The notes beneath the pieces were generated by a model, which searched no databases, was not told the origin of the DNA, and saw nothing but the letters and a program-made list of their open reading frames with translations. The position numbers were made by a program, and so were the translations under genes. A stretch of DNA of 64,000 nt from Planctomycetota bacterium. GTDB lineage: Bacteria; Planctomycetota; MHYJ01; JACQXL01. Where the stretch lies: positions 26,213 to 90,212 of the forward strand of contig JACRIK010000027.1 of NCBI GenBank assembly GCA_016235865.1. The letters are read 5' to 3'. Below, one piece after another: positions 1-8,289 of the stretch; position 1 is the first letter of the stretch, and each line of letters begins with the position of its first letter.

Positions 1-174
1 CAGGTTACAGCGGCCCTTACCGGAGATGAGCAGTTTCCGTCCGGGCGACTCATTGCGTTCGACCAGGAGCACTTGTCGGCCCCGTTCCGCGGCGCGGATA
101 GCGGACATCATCCCGGCCGGCCCGGCGCCGATAACAATCGCGTCATAATGTTGGTCGCTGGCTGGTTTTGTCAT
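1..174 (-). CDS. N-terminal fragment (58 aa, runs off the window) of an FAD-dependent flavoprotein, HI0933/aminoacetone-oxidase-like family
   Basis: Reverse-strand translation MTKPASDQHYDAIVIGAGPAGMMSAIRAAERGRQVLLVERNESPGRKLLISGKGRCNL. It carries a GxGxxG dinucleotide-binding motif and the ISGKGRCN motif typical of the HI0933 family. Confidence 0.6.
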   Translation of the reverse strand, partial: MTKPASDQHYDAIVIGAGPAGMMSAIRAAERGRQVLLVERNESPGRKLLISGKGRCNL

Positions 175-319
175 AAGGGCATATTATCAGGAAATATTGG
201 AAAACCAAGTAAATAGAACGTAGTTTGGAGAAGTTCGTGGGACACGATTTATAATTTCTGAGCTATATTTTTCTTCAACCAATTGACTTGTATAGGGTTA
301 TTCTATTTCCGGCATAAAT

Positions 320-365
320 CAGCCCACAGGGGGGGTACCCCGGGTATACCCACCCCCACCCCCCG
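320..365. repeat. G/C-homopolymer-run palindromic tract (gggggggtacccc, two gggtataccc palindromes, cccacccccacccccc)
   Basis: Read directly from the sequence. It lies immediately upstream of the 22-bp tandem array. Confidence 0.5.
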
Positions 366-398
366 GTATACCCGGTCTGGCTTTTGGGATAATATTAT

Positions 399-665
399 GT
401 TAGTTTTGGACTAACATAATCTTAGTTTTGAGCTAACATAACCTTAGTTTTGAGCTAACATAACCTTAGCTTTGAACTAACATAATCTTAGCTTTGAACT
501 AACATAACCTTAGCTTTGAACTAACATAATCTTAGCTTTGAACTAACATAACCTTAGCTTTGAGCTGACATAACCTTAGTTTTGAGCTAACATAATATCA
601 GTTTTGAACTAACATAACCTTAGTTTTGAGCTAACATAATATCAGTTTTGAACTAACATAATATT
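399..665. repeat. Tandem array of about 12 copies of a 22-bp unit (ttagttttgagctaacataacc and variants ttagctttgaactaacataatc, atcagttttgaactaacataat)
   Basis: Exact 22-nt periodicity is visible at 421-442 and 443-464. Units sit head to tail with no spacers. Confidence 0.9.
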
Positions 666-987
666 AGGCCACTCAGGCCGGGGTTTTTACACAAAATCCA
701 ATTTTTCTTGTCCGTTTTTGACTTAATTGGGGGCTAATTGCGGGGCAGTTTCTACCCTGATATTTAGGACTTTATTTTCATCCGTATATATGATATAGGG
801 GCTGATTGATATATCAATGCAGAAACCACGAATGGACACGCCCCTACGGGCGGGCGTAAGCCCGAATGAACGCTAATGGGATGCAGATGAATAAAATCTG
901 GATTCCCGCTTTCGCGGGAATGACATCTTTATAGTCCTTTGTGAACTTTGTGGTCTCCGTGGTGAATGCTTATTTGTTTTCCTTGGG

Positions 988-1016
988 TTGACACGGCTGG
1001 GAGTTTGTGCTATCCT
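988..1016 (+). promoter_or_regulatory. Candidate sigma70-like promoter for uvrB (TTGACA, 17-nt spacer, TATCCT). It ends 9 nt before the ATG, so the mRNA may be leaderless
   Basis: Hexamers read from the sequence. No Shine-Dalgarno sequence precedes ATG 1025. Confidence 0.3.
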
Positions 1017-1024
1017 AACTTACT

Positions 1025-3136
1025 ATGGACTCCTTTAAATTAGTCAGCAGATTCAAGCCCTGCGGTGACCAGCCCCAGGCCATTAAGAAGCTCGTCGCGG
1101 GCATCAATGCGAATAAGCAGAATCAGGTTTTGTTGGGCGTGACCGGCTCAGGCAAGACATTCACTGTGGCTAATGCCATAGCCAAAGTCAATCGTCCGAC
1201 ACTGGTGATTTCACATAACAAGACCCTGGCCGCCCAGTTATACGCCGAGTTCAAGGAGTTTTTCCCGCATAACGCGGTGCATTATTTCGTGAGTTATTAC
1301 GATTATTACCAGCCCGAGGCCTATATCCCCCAGCGGGATATCTATATAGAAAAGGACGCGGCGATTAATGAGAATCTGGAGCGGCTGCGACTGGCCGCCA
1401 CCTCGGCCCTGCTGTCCCGGCGCGATGTGATTATCGTGGCCAGCGTTTCCTGCATCTACAATCTCGGCTCGCCTGAGGATTATGCCGGGATGGCGCTGCC
1501 GATTAAAAAGGGTGACCGGATGCCCAGGCGGGAGTTCCTGAAACGGCTGGTGGATATGCAATACGAGCGCTCGGAGACGGATTTCAAGCCGGGCAGTTTC
1601 CGGCTGCGGGGCGGCGAGATTATAGAGATTTTCCCGCCGTACCAGGATAATGCGCTCCGGATTATATTCGGCGATAAATTAGCCCCTCACCTATCCTCTC
1701 CCCAAGGGGGAGAGGGAAGGGTACGGGGAGATACCATAGAGCAGATTCTGATGGTGCATCCGCTGACCGGACAGACCATTTCAGCCCTGGACCAATACAT
1801 GCTTTTCCCGACCAAGCATTTTATCATTCCGGAAACCAAGGTGGCCCAAGGGGTGGAGTCCATCCGGCGCGAGCTGGAGTCGCATCTCAAGGCGCTCCAG
1901 AAGCAGGGCAAGGCGCTGGAGGCCCAGCGGCTCCAGAGCCGGACCAATTATGATTTGGAGATGATTGCGGAAATCGGGTATTGCAAGGGCATCGAGAACT
2001 ACGCCCGTCATTTCAGCGGCCGGCCGGCTGGGCAGAGGCCGACCACGCTGATTGATTATTTCCCGCCGGATTTCCTGACCCTGGTGGACGAGTCGCACGT
2101 GACTATCCCGCAGATACGGGGGATGTTCAACGGCGACCAGGCGCGCAAGAAGGTGCTGATAGAATACGGGTTCCGGTTGCCCTCGGCGCTGGATAACCGG
2201 CCGATGAAGTTTCCGGAATGGGAATCCTCGGTCAGGCAGCGGGTGTTCATCTCGGCCACGCCCGGTCCGTATGAAATGGGGCTGGCAAGCCCCATTAGAA
2301 ATGACACAACCGCTACTGATAATAATAATCGGGCGACAAAGACACCTGCCAAGGCGGGCATTTCTAACGGGGCAAGTAAGCCGGATGTGGTGGAACAGAT
2401 TATTCGCCCGACCGGATTGGTTGACCCGGCAATCATCATCAGGCCGATTACCGGGCAGATTGCCGACCTGCTCCAGCGGATTCAGCAGCGGATAAAATCC
2501 AATGAGCGGGTGCTGATTACCACACTGACCAAGCGGCTGGCTGAGGAGCTGTCATCCTATCTGCAGGAGAACCGGATAAAGGGCAAATACCTGCATTCGG
2601 ATATACATACGATTGAGCGGGTCAAGATTCTCAATGAACTGCGCCAGGGTAAGTTTGATGTCCTGGTCGGCGTGAATCTGCTCAGGGAAGGGCTGGACCT
2701 GCCTGAGGTGTCGCTGGTGGCGATTCTGGATGCGGATAAGGAGGGGTTCCTGCGTTCGGCTACATCCATTATCCAGACGGTCGGGCGGACGGCCCGGAAT
2801 GTCAATGGCGAGGTGGTGCTCTATGCGGACCATATGACTGATTCCATCAACCAGGCGATGAGCGAGACCACCCGGCGCCGGAATATTCAGCTGGCTTACA
2901 ATAAGAAGAATAATATTACGCCTAAGACCATCAAGAAGGAGATTCTTAAGGGGATTGAGATGGAAGACCGGGGCAGGGAGGTCTCGGCCCGGGCTATCGG
3001 GATGAAGTTAGAGGCGTATAAAGGGGTGGAGCTGGTTCGGGAACTGGAAAGAGAGATGTACGAGGCGGCTGAGAAGCTGGATTTTGAATACGCGGCTCAG
3101 GTCAGGGATACCATAAAGAAGATAAGGAAGAAGTAG
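1025..3136 (+). CDS. uvrB: Excinuclease ABC subunit B (UvrB), 703 aa, with two lineage-specific insertions
   Basis: N-terminus FKPCGDQPQAIKKL, Walker A GVTGSGKT, helicase motifs and a C-terminal UvrB/UvrC interaction helix (EYAAQVRDTIKKI). Length exceeds typical UvrB because of the inserts at aa 220-238 and about 422-455. Confidence 0.95.
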   Translation: MDSFKLVSRFKPCGDQPQAIKKLVAGINANKQNQVLLGVTGSGKTFTVANAIAKVNRPTLVISHNKTLAAQLYAEFKEFFPHNAVHYFVSYYDYYQPEAYIPQRDIYIEKDAAINENLERLRLAATSALLSRRDVIIVASVSCIYNLGSPEDYAGMALPIKKGDRMPRREFLKRLVDMQYERSETDFKPGSFRLRGGEIIEIFPPYQDNALRIIFGDKLAPHLSSPQGGEGRVRGDTIEQILMVHPLTGQTISALDQYMLFPTKHFIIPETKVAQGVESIRRELESHLKALQKQGKALEAQRLQSRTNYDLEMIAEIGYCKGIENYARHFSGRPAGQRPTTLIDYFPPDFLTLVDESHVTIPQIRGMFNGDQARKKVLIEYGFRLPSALDNRPMKFPEWESSVRQRVFISATPGPYEMGLASPIRNDTTATDNNNRATKTPAKAGISNGASKPDVVEQIIRPTGLVDPAIIIRPITGQIADLLQRIQQRIKSNERVLITTLTKRLAEELSSYLQENRIKGKYLHSDIHTIERVKILNELRQGKFDVLVGVNLLREGLDLPEVSLVAILDADKEGFLRSATSIIQTVGRTARNVNGEVVLYADHMTDSINQAMSETTRRRNIQLAYNKKNNITPKTIKKEILKGIEMEDRGREVSARAIGMKLEAYKGVELVRELEREMYEAAEKLDFEYAAQVRDTIKKIRKK
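1683..1731. repeat. Roughly 46-bp palindromic element inserted in frame within uvrB (cccctcacctatcctctcccc aag ggggagagggaagggtacgggg)
   Basis: Inverted repeat cctctcccc/ggggagagg. It encodes the extra peptide LAPHLSSPQGGEGRVRGD between the conserved IFGD and TIEQI segments. Its 21-mer is identical to the reverse complement of 45716-45736. Confidence 0.7.
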
Positions 3137-3347
3137 TGGTCAATTTTGCCACAGAGACACAGAGAACGCAGAGCGACTGCGGAGTAGATACGAAGCGAAC
3201 ACGGAGAAATGCAACCACGAATGGACACAAATAAACACGAAAGAGAACTCCGCAGAGACCGTGAAGCGAACACGAATGGCACGAATAGGAGCGAATTACA
3301 CGAATAATTATTAACCACAGATGAACACAGATGGGCGCGGATGATTT
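3137..3347. repeat. Intergenic spacer between convergent genes, built from reiterated octamer-like units (ccacagag, cgcagag, cacgaatg, ccacagat, acacagat): a REP-like repeat family
   Basis: Read directly. The same words and their reverse complements recur in other spacers (4020-4050, 13585-13656, 33590-33680, 34355-34425, 46480-46545, 55530-55620, 56740-56850). Confidence 0.5.
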
Positions 3348-3992
3348 CTACTTCTTTTCCTTTACACCGGTGCACGGAGGCCAGGGATTAGTTTTGCGGT
3401 ATTCTTCAGTCGGAACTTCAGCTTGTTTGGCTTCTGCGTCGACTACAAAACGATATTCTTCAGATGACCAATAGAGATATTTATTATTCTCTTCCCACCA
3501 TTTAATAAACTTATTGTCAATTTTATTTTCGCATAATGGAGTGCCGTAGTGAAATAATTGTAACATATGATTTGCTATCCAACTATTAGGATTTTCAAAC
3601 TGTGCAATCCTGAGATATTCATCAAATTCGGATAAGTCCTTAAAGGCAAAGGCCAATGTATATATAAGAGACAGTTTCTTTCTTGAATCAGTTGTTTTTC
3701 TTATCTCCTCCTTAAGTGCCTTATGAGCTGGTTCGCCAATATCCGCGAGTGCCATGGGGAGATAACAATAACCTCGTACAAAAGGGCTCTCCTCTTTTAT
3801 TTTTGTTATTATCGGAGTTATAGCTCTACGGCCACAAGCAGCTAAAGGTTTTACATAATCACCCGATACCTCACCTCTTCTATTTAAGTGCATTTGGAAA
3901 ATATAATAATGCGGCAATAGCCACCAGCCAAGAAACATTAATCCAAACAGCAATAATGTCAGGATAAACAGGTAAATCTTTTTACGATTCAT
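3348..3992 (-). CDS. Hypothetical protein, 214 aa, with an N-terminal transmembrane anchor
   Basis: ORF with hydrophobic N-terminus IYLFILTLLLFGLMFLGWWLL. No recognisable catalytic motif. Confidence 0.45.
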   Translation of the reverse strand: MNRKKIYLFILTLLLFGLMFLGWWLLPHYYIFQMHLNRRGEVSGDYVKPLAACGRRAITPIITKIKEESPFVRGYCYLPMALADIGEPAHKALKEEIRKTTDSRKKLSLIYTLAFAFKDLSEFDEYLRIAQFENPNSWIANHMLQLFHYGTPLCENKIDNKFIKWWEENNKYLYWSSEEYRFVVDAEAKQAEVPTEEYRKTNPWPPCTGVKEKK

Positions 3993-4138
3993 AGTATAAT
4001 AGGTATCACCCCAATAGGGGTATTGTCAACTACAATCTGTATAATCTGTGTAAATACCCGGTGCGCTCCGGTAGGTGCTCCCGACCATCTCTTCGCTCAG
4101 GGGAGCGTGGAGCGTATAGCGTAGAGATTTGATACAGA

Positions 4139-6271
4139 TTACGCCAGATAGCCGTCGGTTTGAATCTTGCAGAGGTTGTGATAGACGCCCTTCTTTTCCA
4201 TCAGTTCCTGATGATTACCGGTTTCTTTTATCTCGCCTTTGTGGATGACATAGATGCGGTCAACATTCTGGATGGTTGATAACCGGTGCGCGATGATGAT
4301 AGAGGTCATTTTCTTGACCATCTTCTTAATGGCTTCCTGGATGTAATACTCGGTTTCCACGTCCACTGATGAGGTAGCTTCGTCCAGTATCAGGATAGAC
4401 GGTTCAAAGGCCATGGTCCGGGCGAATGCCAGCAACTGGCGCTGGCCGCCGGAAAGGGTCATGCCGCGCTCGCCGACCCGGCTGTCGTATTTGTTGGGCA
4501 TCTTCTCAATAAAGGTGGAAGCGAAGATATCCTCGCAGACGTCTTTTACTTTAGCCGGGGTGACGGCGCTATCCCAGAGCGAGATGTTGTCGTTGACCGT
4601 GCCGGCGAAGAGGAAGACATCCTGGAGCACGATGCCCAATCTGCGGCGCAGGTCCTGCTGGCTCATATCCTTGATGTTAATGCCGTCAATCAGAATCCGG
4701 CCTGAGTCGACATCATAGAATCGGCAGAGCAGATTGATAATTGTAGATTTGCCGCTGCCGGTCACGCCGACAAAGGCAATGCTTTCGTTCTTCTTTATCT
4801 TGAACGAGATGTTCTTCAGGACCGGCTTGCCCGGCTCGTATGAGAAGGTGACATTGTCAAACTCTATTTCGTGCCCCTGCGGGTCTTCTTTCAGTTCCCG
4901 GGGCAGGGCCGGGTTCCGGACATCAACCGGCGTATCCAGTATTTGGAAGATGCGCTCGGCCGAGGCCATGGCGCCCTGGAACATCAAATACTTATCAGCC
5001 AGGTCCTGAATCGGGCCGAAGAAGTTAATACTGTATTCCATAAACGTATAGATTACGCCGATTTCAATGACGTCGTTTAAAGCCAATCCGCCGCCGAAAT
5101 ATAAAATCAGGGCAATGACCGAGCCCCGGAGTATGGAGACCAGCGGTATAAAAGTTGACTGGTAAATCAGGGCCCGGCGGGACAGGTCATAGTGCTCATA
5201 ATTGATGCCGGAGAATTTATTGAGGGTCTTGGGCTCCTGATTGAATGACTGGATGACCTTTACGCCGGACAGGCTTTCAGCCAGATAGGCGTTTAATTGA
5301 GCCAGTTTCTTGCGCATGTCCCGGTAGGTGGTTCTTAATTTCGGTTTGAATATCATGGTTATGATGAGCAGGGGGATTACGGCGGACAGCGCAATCAACG
5401 CCAGTTTATAGTTCAGCCAAAACATGACAACTGCCAATACGACAATTATAAATATATCATTCACTACGGTAACCATGGCCGTGGAAAGGAAATCACCCAG
5501 AGCATTAACATCGTTAGTCACCCGGGTAATCAGCCGGCCGACCGGCTGTTTGTCATAAAAGCCCAGGGACATCTGCTGGAGATGCCCGAATGTTTTCATC
5601 CTGATATTAAAGATAATCTTTTGGCCCAGTTTTGACATGGAGTAATTCTGCCAGATGCTCAGGAGCAGGCAAATAACCAGATTGGCCAGGATAATCAGGG
5701 CGATAACGATAAACTGGCGCCGGTCAAACTTATCGGACGTAATCTTTAGTTGAGGGGTTTCGGCCGGGTATAGCAATTCCAGCGCATTTCGGTTGAGCCG
5801 TTTTATGACTTTCTCGCCTTGGGCTCCTTTTATCCGGCCGTAAAGATTGGCCAGGTCTTTAGCTGCCTTATCTGAACTTGGTTTTCTTATTGTGATTAAT
5901 TTTGCAATCGCGTCTTTTTGGTTTAGTAAATTATTGAGTTCCTCAACCGTATCATTCTGAATAACAACCCCATCTATCCTGAGCGCGTCACAGAGATTCT
6001 TGACGGAAAATTTGCCAGTATCAGTGGGGCTGATCGCGGGCTGGTCGGTAAATTCATTGTCAGAGAAGTCGGACACAGGCACAAGTTCATTTAACGCCAA
6101 ACCCTGTAATCTCGGGCCGAGGGCCACGGATAATATAGTCAGAACAAATGTCAGGAAGATAAGCACGATTATCTGTCCGGTAAAGGGCTTAGCAAAGACC
6201 AGGAGCCGTTTGGGCAGGCTCAGGTCATACTGCTTGTCAACAATGTCGTCTTCTTGGTGATACGCTTGCAT
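4139..6271 (-). CDS. ABC transporter, fused permease/ATPase (MsbA-like exporter), 710 aa, with a roughly 130-aa extracytoplasmic insert between TM1 and TM2
   Basis: Walker A GVTGSGKST, ABC signature LSGGQRQ, Walker B ILILDEATS, and six transmembrane helices in the N-terminal half. Confidence 0.85.
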   Translation of the reverse strand: MQAYHQEDDIVDKQYDLSLPKRLLVFAKPFTGQIIVLIFLTFVLTILSVALGPRLQGLALNELVPVSDFSDNEFTDQPAISPTDTGKFSVKNLCDALRIDGVVIQNDTVEELNNLLNQKDAIAKLITIRKPSSDKAAKDLANLYGRIKGAQGEKVIKRLNRNALELLYPAETPQLKITSDKFDRRQFIVIALIILANLVICLLLSIWQNYSMSKLGQKIIFNIRMKTFGHLQQMSLGFYDKQPVGRLITRVTNDVNALGDFLSTAMVTVVNDIFIIVVLAVVMFWLNYKLALIALSAVIPLLIITMIFKPKLRTTYRDMRKKLAQLNAYLAESLSGVKVIQSFNQEPKTLNKFSGINYEHYDLSRRALIYQSTFIPLVSILRGSVIALILYFGGGLALNDVIEIGVIYTFMEYSINFFGPIQDLADKYLMFQGAMASAERIFQILDTPVDVRNPALPRELKEDPQGHEIEFDNVTFSYEPGKPVLKNISFKIKKNESIAFVGVTGSGKSTIINLLCRFYDVDSGRILIDGINIKDMSQQDLRRRLGIVLQDVFLFAGTVNDNISLWDSAVTPAKVKDVCEDIFASTFIEKMPNKYDSRVGERGMTLSGGQRQLLAFARTMAFEPSILILDEATSSVDVETEYYIQEAIKKMVKKMTSIIIAHRLSTIQNVDRIYVIHKGEIKETGNHQELMEKKGVYHNLCKIQTDGYLA

Positions 6272-6289
6272 ATATTTTTAACAACAGGA

Positions 6290-6395
6290 TTTAGCCGATT
6301 AAGCGGAAATCGGGTAATTAACCTGCGCGCACTTCGTGTGCTCGGATTCACGCTCCGCTTAGTTCCGCTTAATCCCGTTGTCGTTAATTACGGCG
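6290..6395. repeat. Copy, in reverse orientation, of a roughly 80-bp dispersed intergenic element (ggaactaagcggagcgtgaatccgagcac ... gcgcgcaggttaatta)
   Basis: The reverse complement of 6300-6390 matches 46290-46365 over most of its length. Confidence 0.6.
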
Positions 6396-6399
6396 TTTA

Positions 6400-8217
6400 T
6401 TATATTTCTTCCAGTTGTTCTTTTATATTCTGGTATTCGCAGAATCGGGCATAGGCGTTATTCTTGGCCAGCAACTCCGAATGGGTTCCCTGCTCAATAA
6501 TTTCCCCCTTGTCCATAAAGACAATCAAATCAGCCATGCTCATCACGGCCAGCCGGTGCGAGACCACCAGCACGGTCTGGCTTTGTGATTTATTGGCGAT
6601 AATATTCCTGAGGATGGTTCGCTCGGTTTCGTAATCCACGGCCGAGAAACAGTCGTCCAGGATGAGCAGGGGCGGATTTTTAATCAAGGCCCGGGCCAGC
6701 GAGACCCGTTGGCGCTGGCCGCCGGAGAGATTGATACCCCGCTCGCCCAGATAGGCTTCATATTTTTGGGGTATGGAATCTATGGCTTCGCGCATGACTA
6801 CGGATCCGGCGGTGTTGGATATGGTTTCGTCCGAGGCCGGGTCATCCAGCCCGAAGGTTATGTTATTCCTGATGGTATCCGAGAACAGGAAGACATCCTG
6901 GGGCACTACGCCCATCAGAGAGCGCAGGTTTTTGACGGAGTAATTCTTGATGTTGATGCCGTTAATCATGATTTCGCCCGAATCGCCGTCGTAGAACCGG
7001 ACCAGCAGGTTGAGCAGGGTGGTTTTGCCTGAGCCGATGGGCCCGGTAATGGCCACGATGGAATTGGCCGGAATCTTAAGGTTGATATTCTTAAGCACCT
7101 GGATGACCTTACATTTATCCTGTTGGGGCAGCCCATCTTGGGATAATTCCGGTATCTTGTGAGAGAAATTTACGTCCCGGAATTCCACTCTCACATCGCT
7201 GGTTTCGGGAACCGGGCTGGCGCCCCGGTCTTCAACCTCCGGCTGGATATTGAGTATCTGCTCTAATCTTTTCATTGAAGCCGAAGCAAACTGGTAAAAC
7301 CTAACTGACATTCCCAAGCCAACCATGGGCCAGGCAATCCGGCCCAGAAGCTGCATAAATGTTACCAAATCCCCCGGCGTAATCTGCCCGTCAATTACCT
7401 GAATCCCGCCAAAGAAAAGTATGACAAAAGCAGTGACGCCTACGTTAAAGCCCAGAAATGGATGAAAATACGAAGAAAGCTTGGCCAGCGAAAGGTTCTT
7501 TTTCAGGTAGATATCATTTGCCTCGCGGAAACGGTCTAACTGGTTGGCCTCCTGGGCAAATGATTTGACCACCCGGACGCCGGAGAAGTTCTCCTCGGCT
7601 GACTGCGAAATGCCGGACATTGATTCCTGCACCTGGGTTCCTTTAGCATGCATACGTTTACCTACAGCCCATACTAAGAATGGCAATAAGGAGCAGCTGA
7701 GGACAGTATAAAGGGTCAAGCTCGGGCTTATACCTATCATAATGAACGGCACCATTATGAAATAGAAGAAGATATCCACGATGATGATGGCGCCATCACC
7801 CAGGAACATCTTGACCCATTCCACGTCATTGGTGGCCCGGGACATGATGTCGCCGGTTCGGGCGTTGTGGAAGAAGTTCATTGATAGTTTCTGGAGATGT
7901 CCGAACAGCTTGTTTCTGATATTGTTGGCGACCAAAAGCGAGGCGCTCTGATATAAGTAACGCCACCAATAACGCAGGAAACCTTGGATGAGTATTCCGC
8001 CTATATAAGCCAGCAAAAGCAGGCCCAGTCGCCTGATGGTTTCAGTCGGATTGGTTGTGCCGATGATGCCGCCCACCGTTATGTTGACTGCCAGTCCGGT
8101 AAGTATTGGCAGGTAGACATCGATGACATCCACTACAAACAGCGCCAGGCTGGCGATGATATACTTCTTGTAGTGCCCCTTCAGCAACGGCAGAAACAAC
8201 CTTAGGTTCTTGAACAT
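6400..8217 (-). CDS. ABC transporter, fused permease/ATPase, 605 aa (probable heterodimer partner of the upstream exporter)
   Basis: Walker A GPIGSGKTT, signature LSGGQRQRVSLARAL, Walker B LLILDDCFSAVD. Confidence 0.85.
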   Translation of the reverse strand: MFKNLRLFLPLLKGHYKKYIIASLALFVVDVIDVYLPILTGLAVNITVGGIIGTTNPTETIRRLGLLLLAYIGGILIQGFLRYWWRYLYQSASLLVANNIRNKLFGHLQKLSMNFFHNARTGDIMSRATNDVEWVKMFLGDGAIIIVDIFFYFIMVPFIMIGISPSLTLYTVLSCSLLPFLVWAVGKRMHAKGTQVQESMSGISQSAEENFSGVRVVKSFAQEANQLDRFREANDIYLKKNLSLAKLSSYFHPFLGFNVGVTAFVILFFGGIQVIDGQITPGDLVTFMQLLGRIAWPMVGLGMSVRFYQFASASMKRLEQILNIQPEVEDRGASPVPETSDVRVEFRDVNFSHKIPELSQDGLPQQDKCKVIQVLKNINLKIPANSIVAITGPIGSGKTTLLNLLVRFYDGDSGEIMINGINIKNYSVKNLRSLMGVVPQDVFLFSDTIRNNITFGLDDPASDETISNTAGSVVMREAIDSIPQKYEAYLGERGINLSGGQRQRVSLARALIKNPPLLILDDCFSAVDYETERTILRNIIANKSQSQTVLVVSHRLAVMSMADLIVFMDKGEIIEQGTHSELLAKNNAYARFCEYQNIKEQLEEI

Positions 8218-8289
8218 AATTAGAGTTCGGTCTTATATCATTCTGGGGAAAAATCAAGTAAAATGAGCAGATGACTTACGGCGGACCGT

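Noticed and set aside
399-665. Could the 22-bp arrays (also 36152-36410 and 47852-48137) be CRISPR arrays?
   Set aside because: Units are directly adjacent with no unique spacers between them, and no cas genes are nearby. They are plain tandem repeats.
930-985. LexA/SOS box upstream of uvrB (tgtgaactttgtgg)
   Set aside because: It contains GAAC but lacks the matching GTTC half-site or a CTGT-N8-ACAG arrangement, so there is no convincing palindrome.
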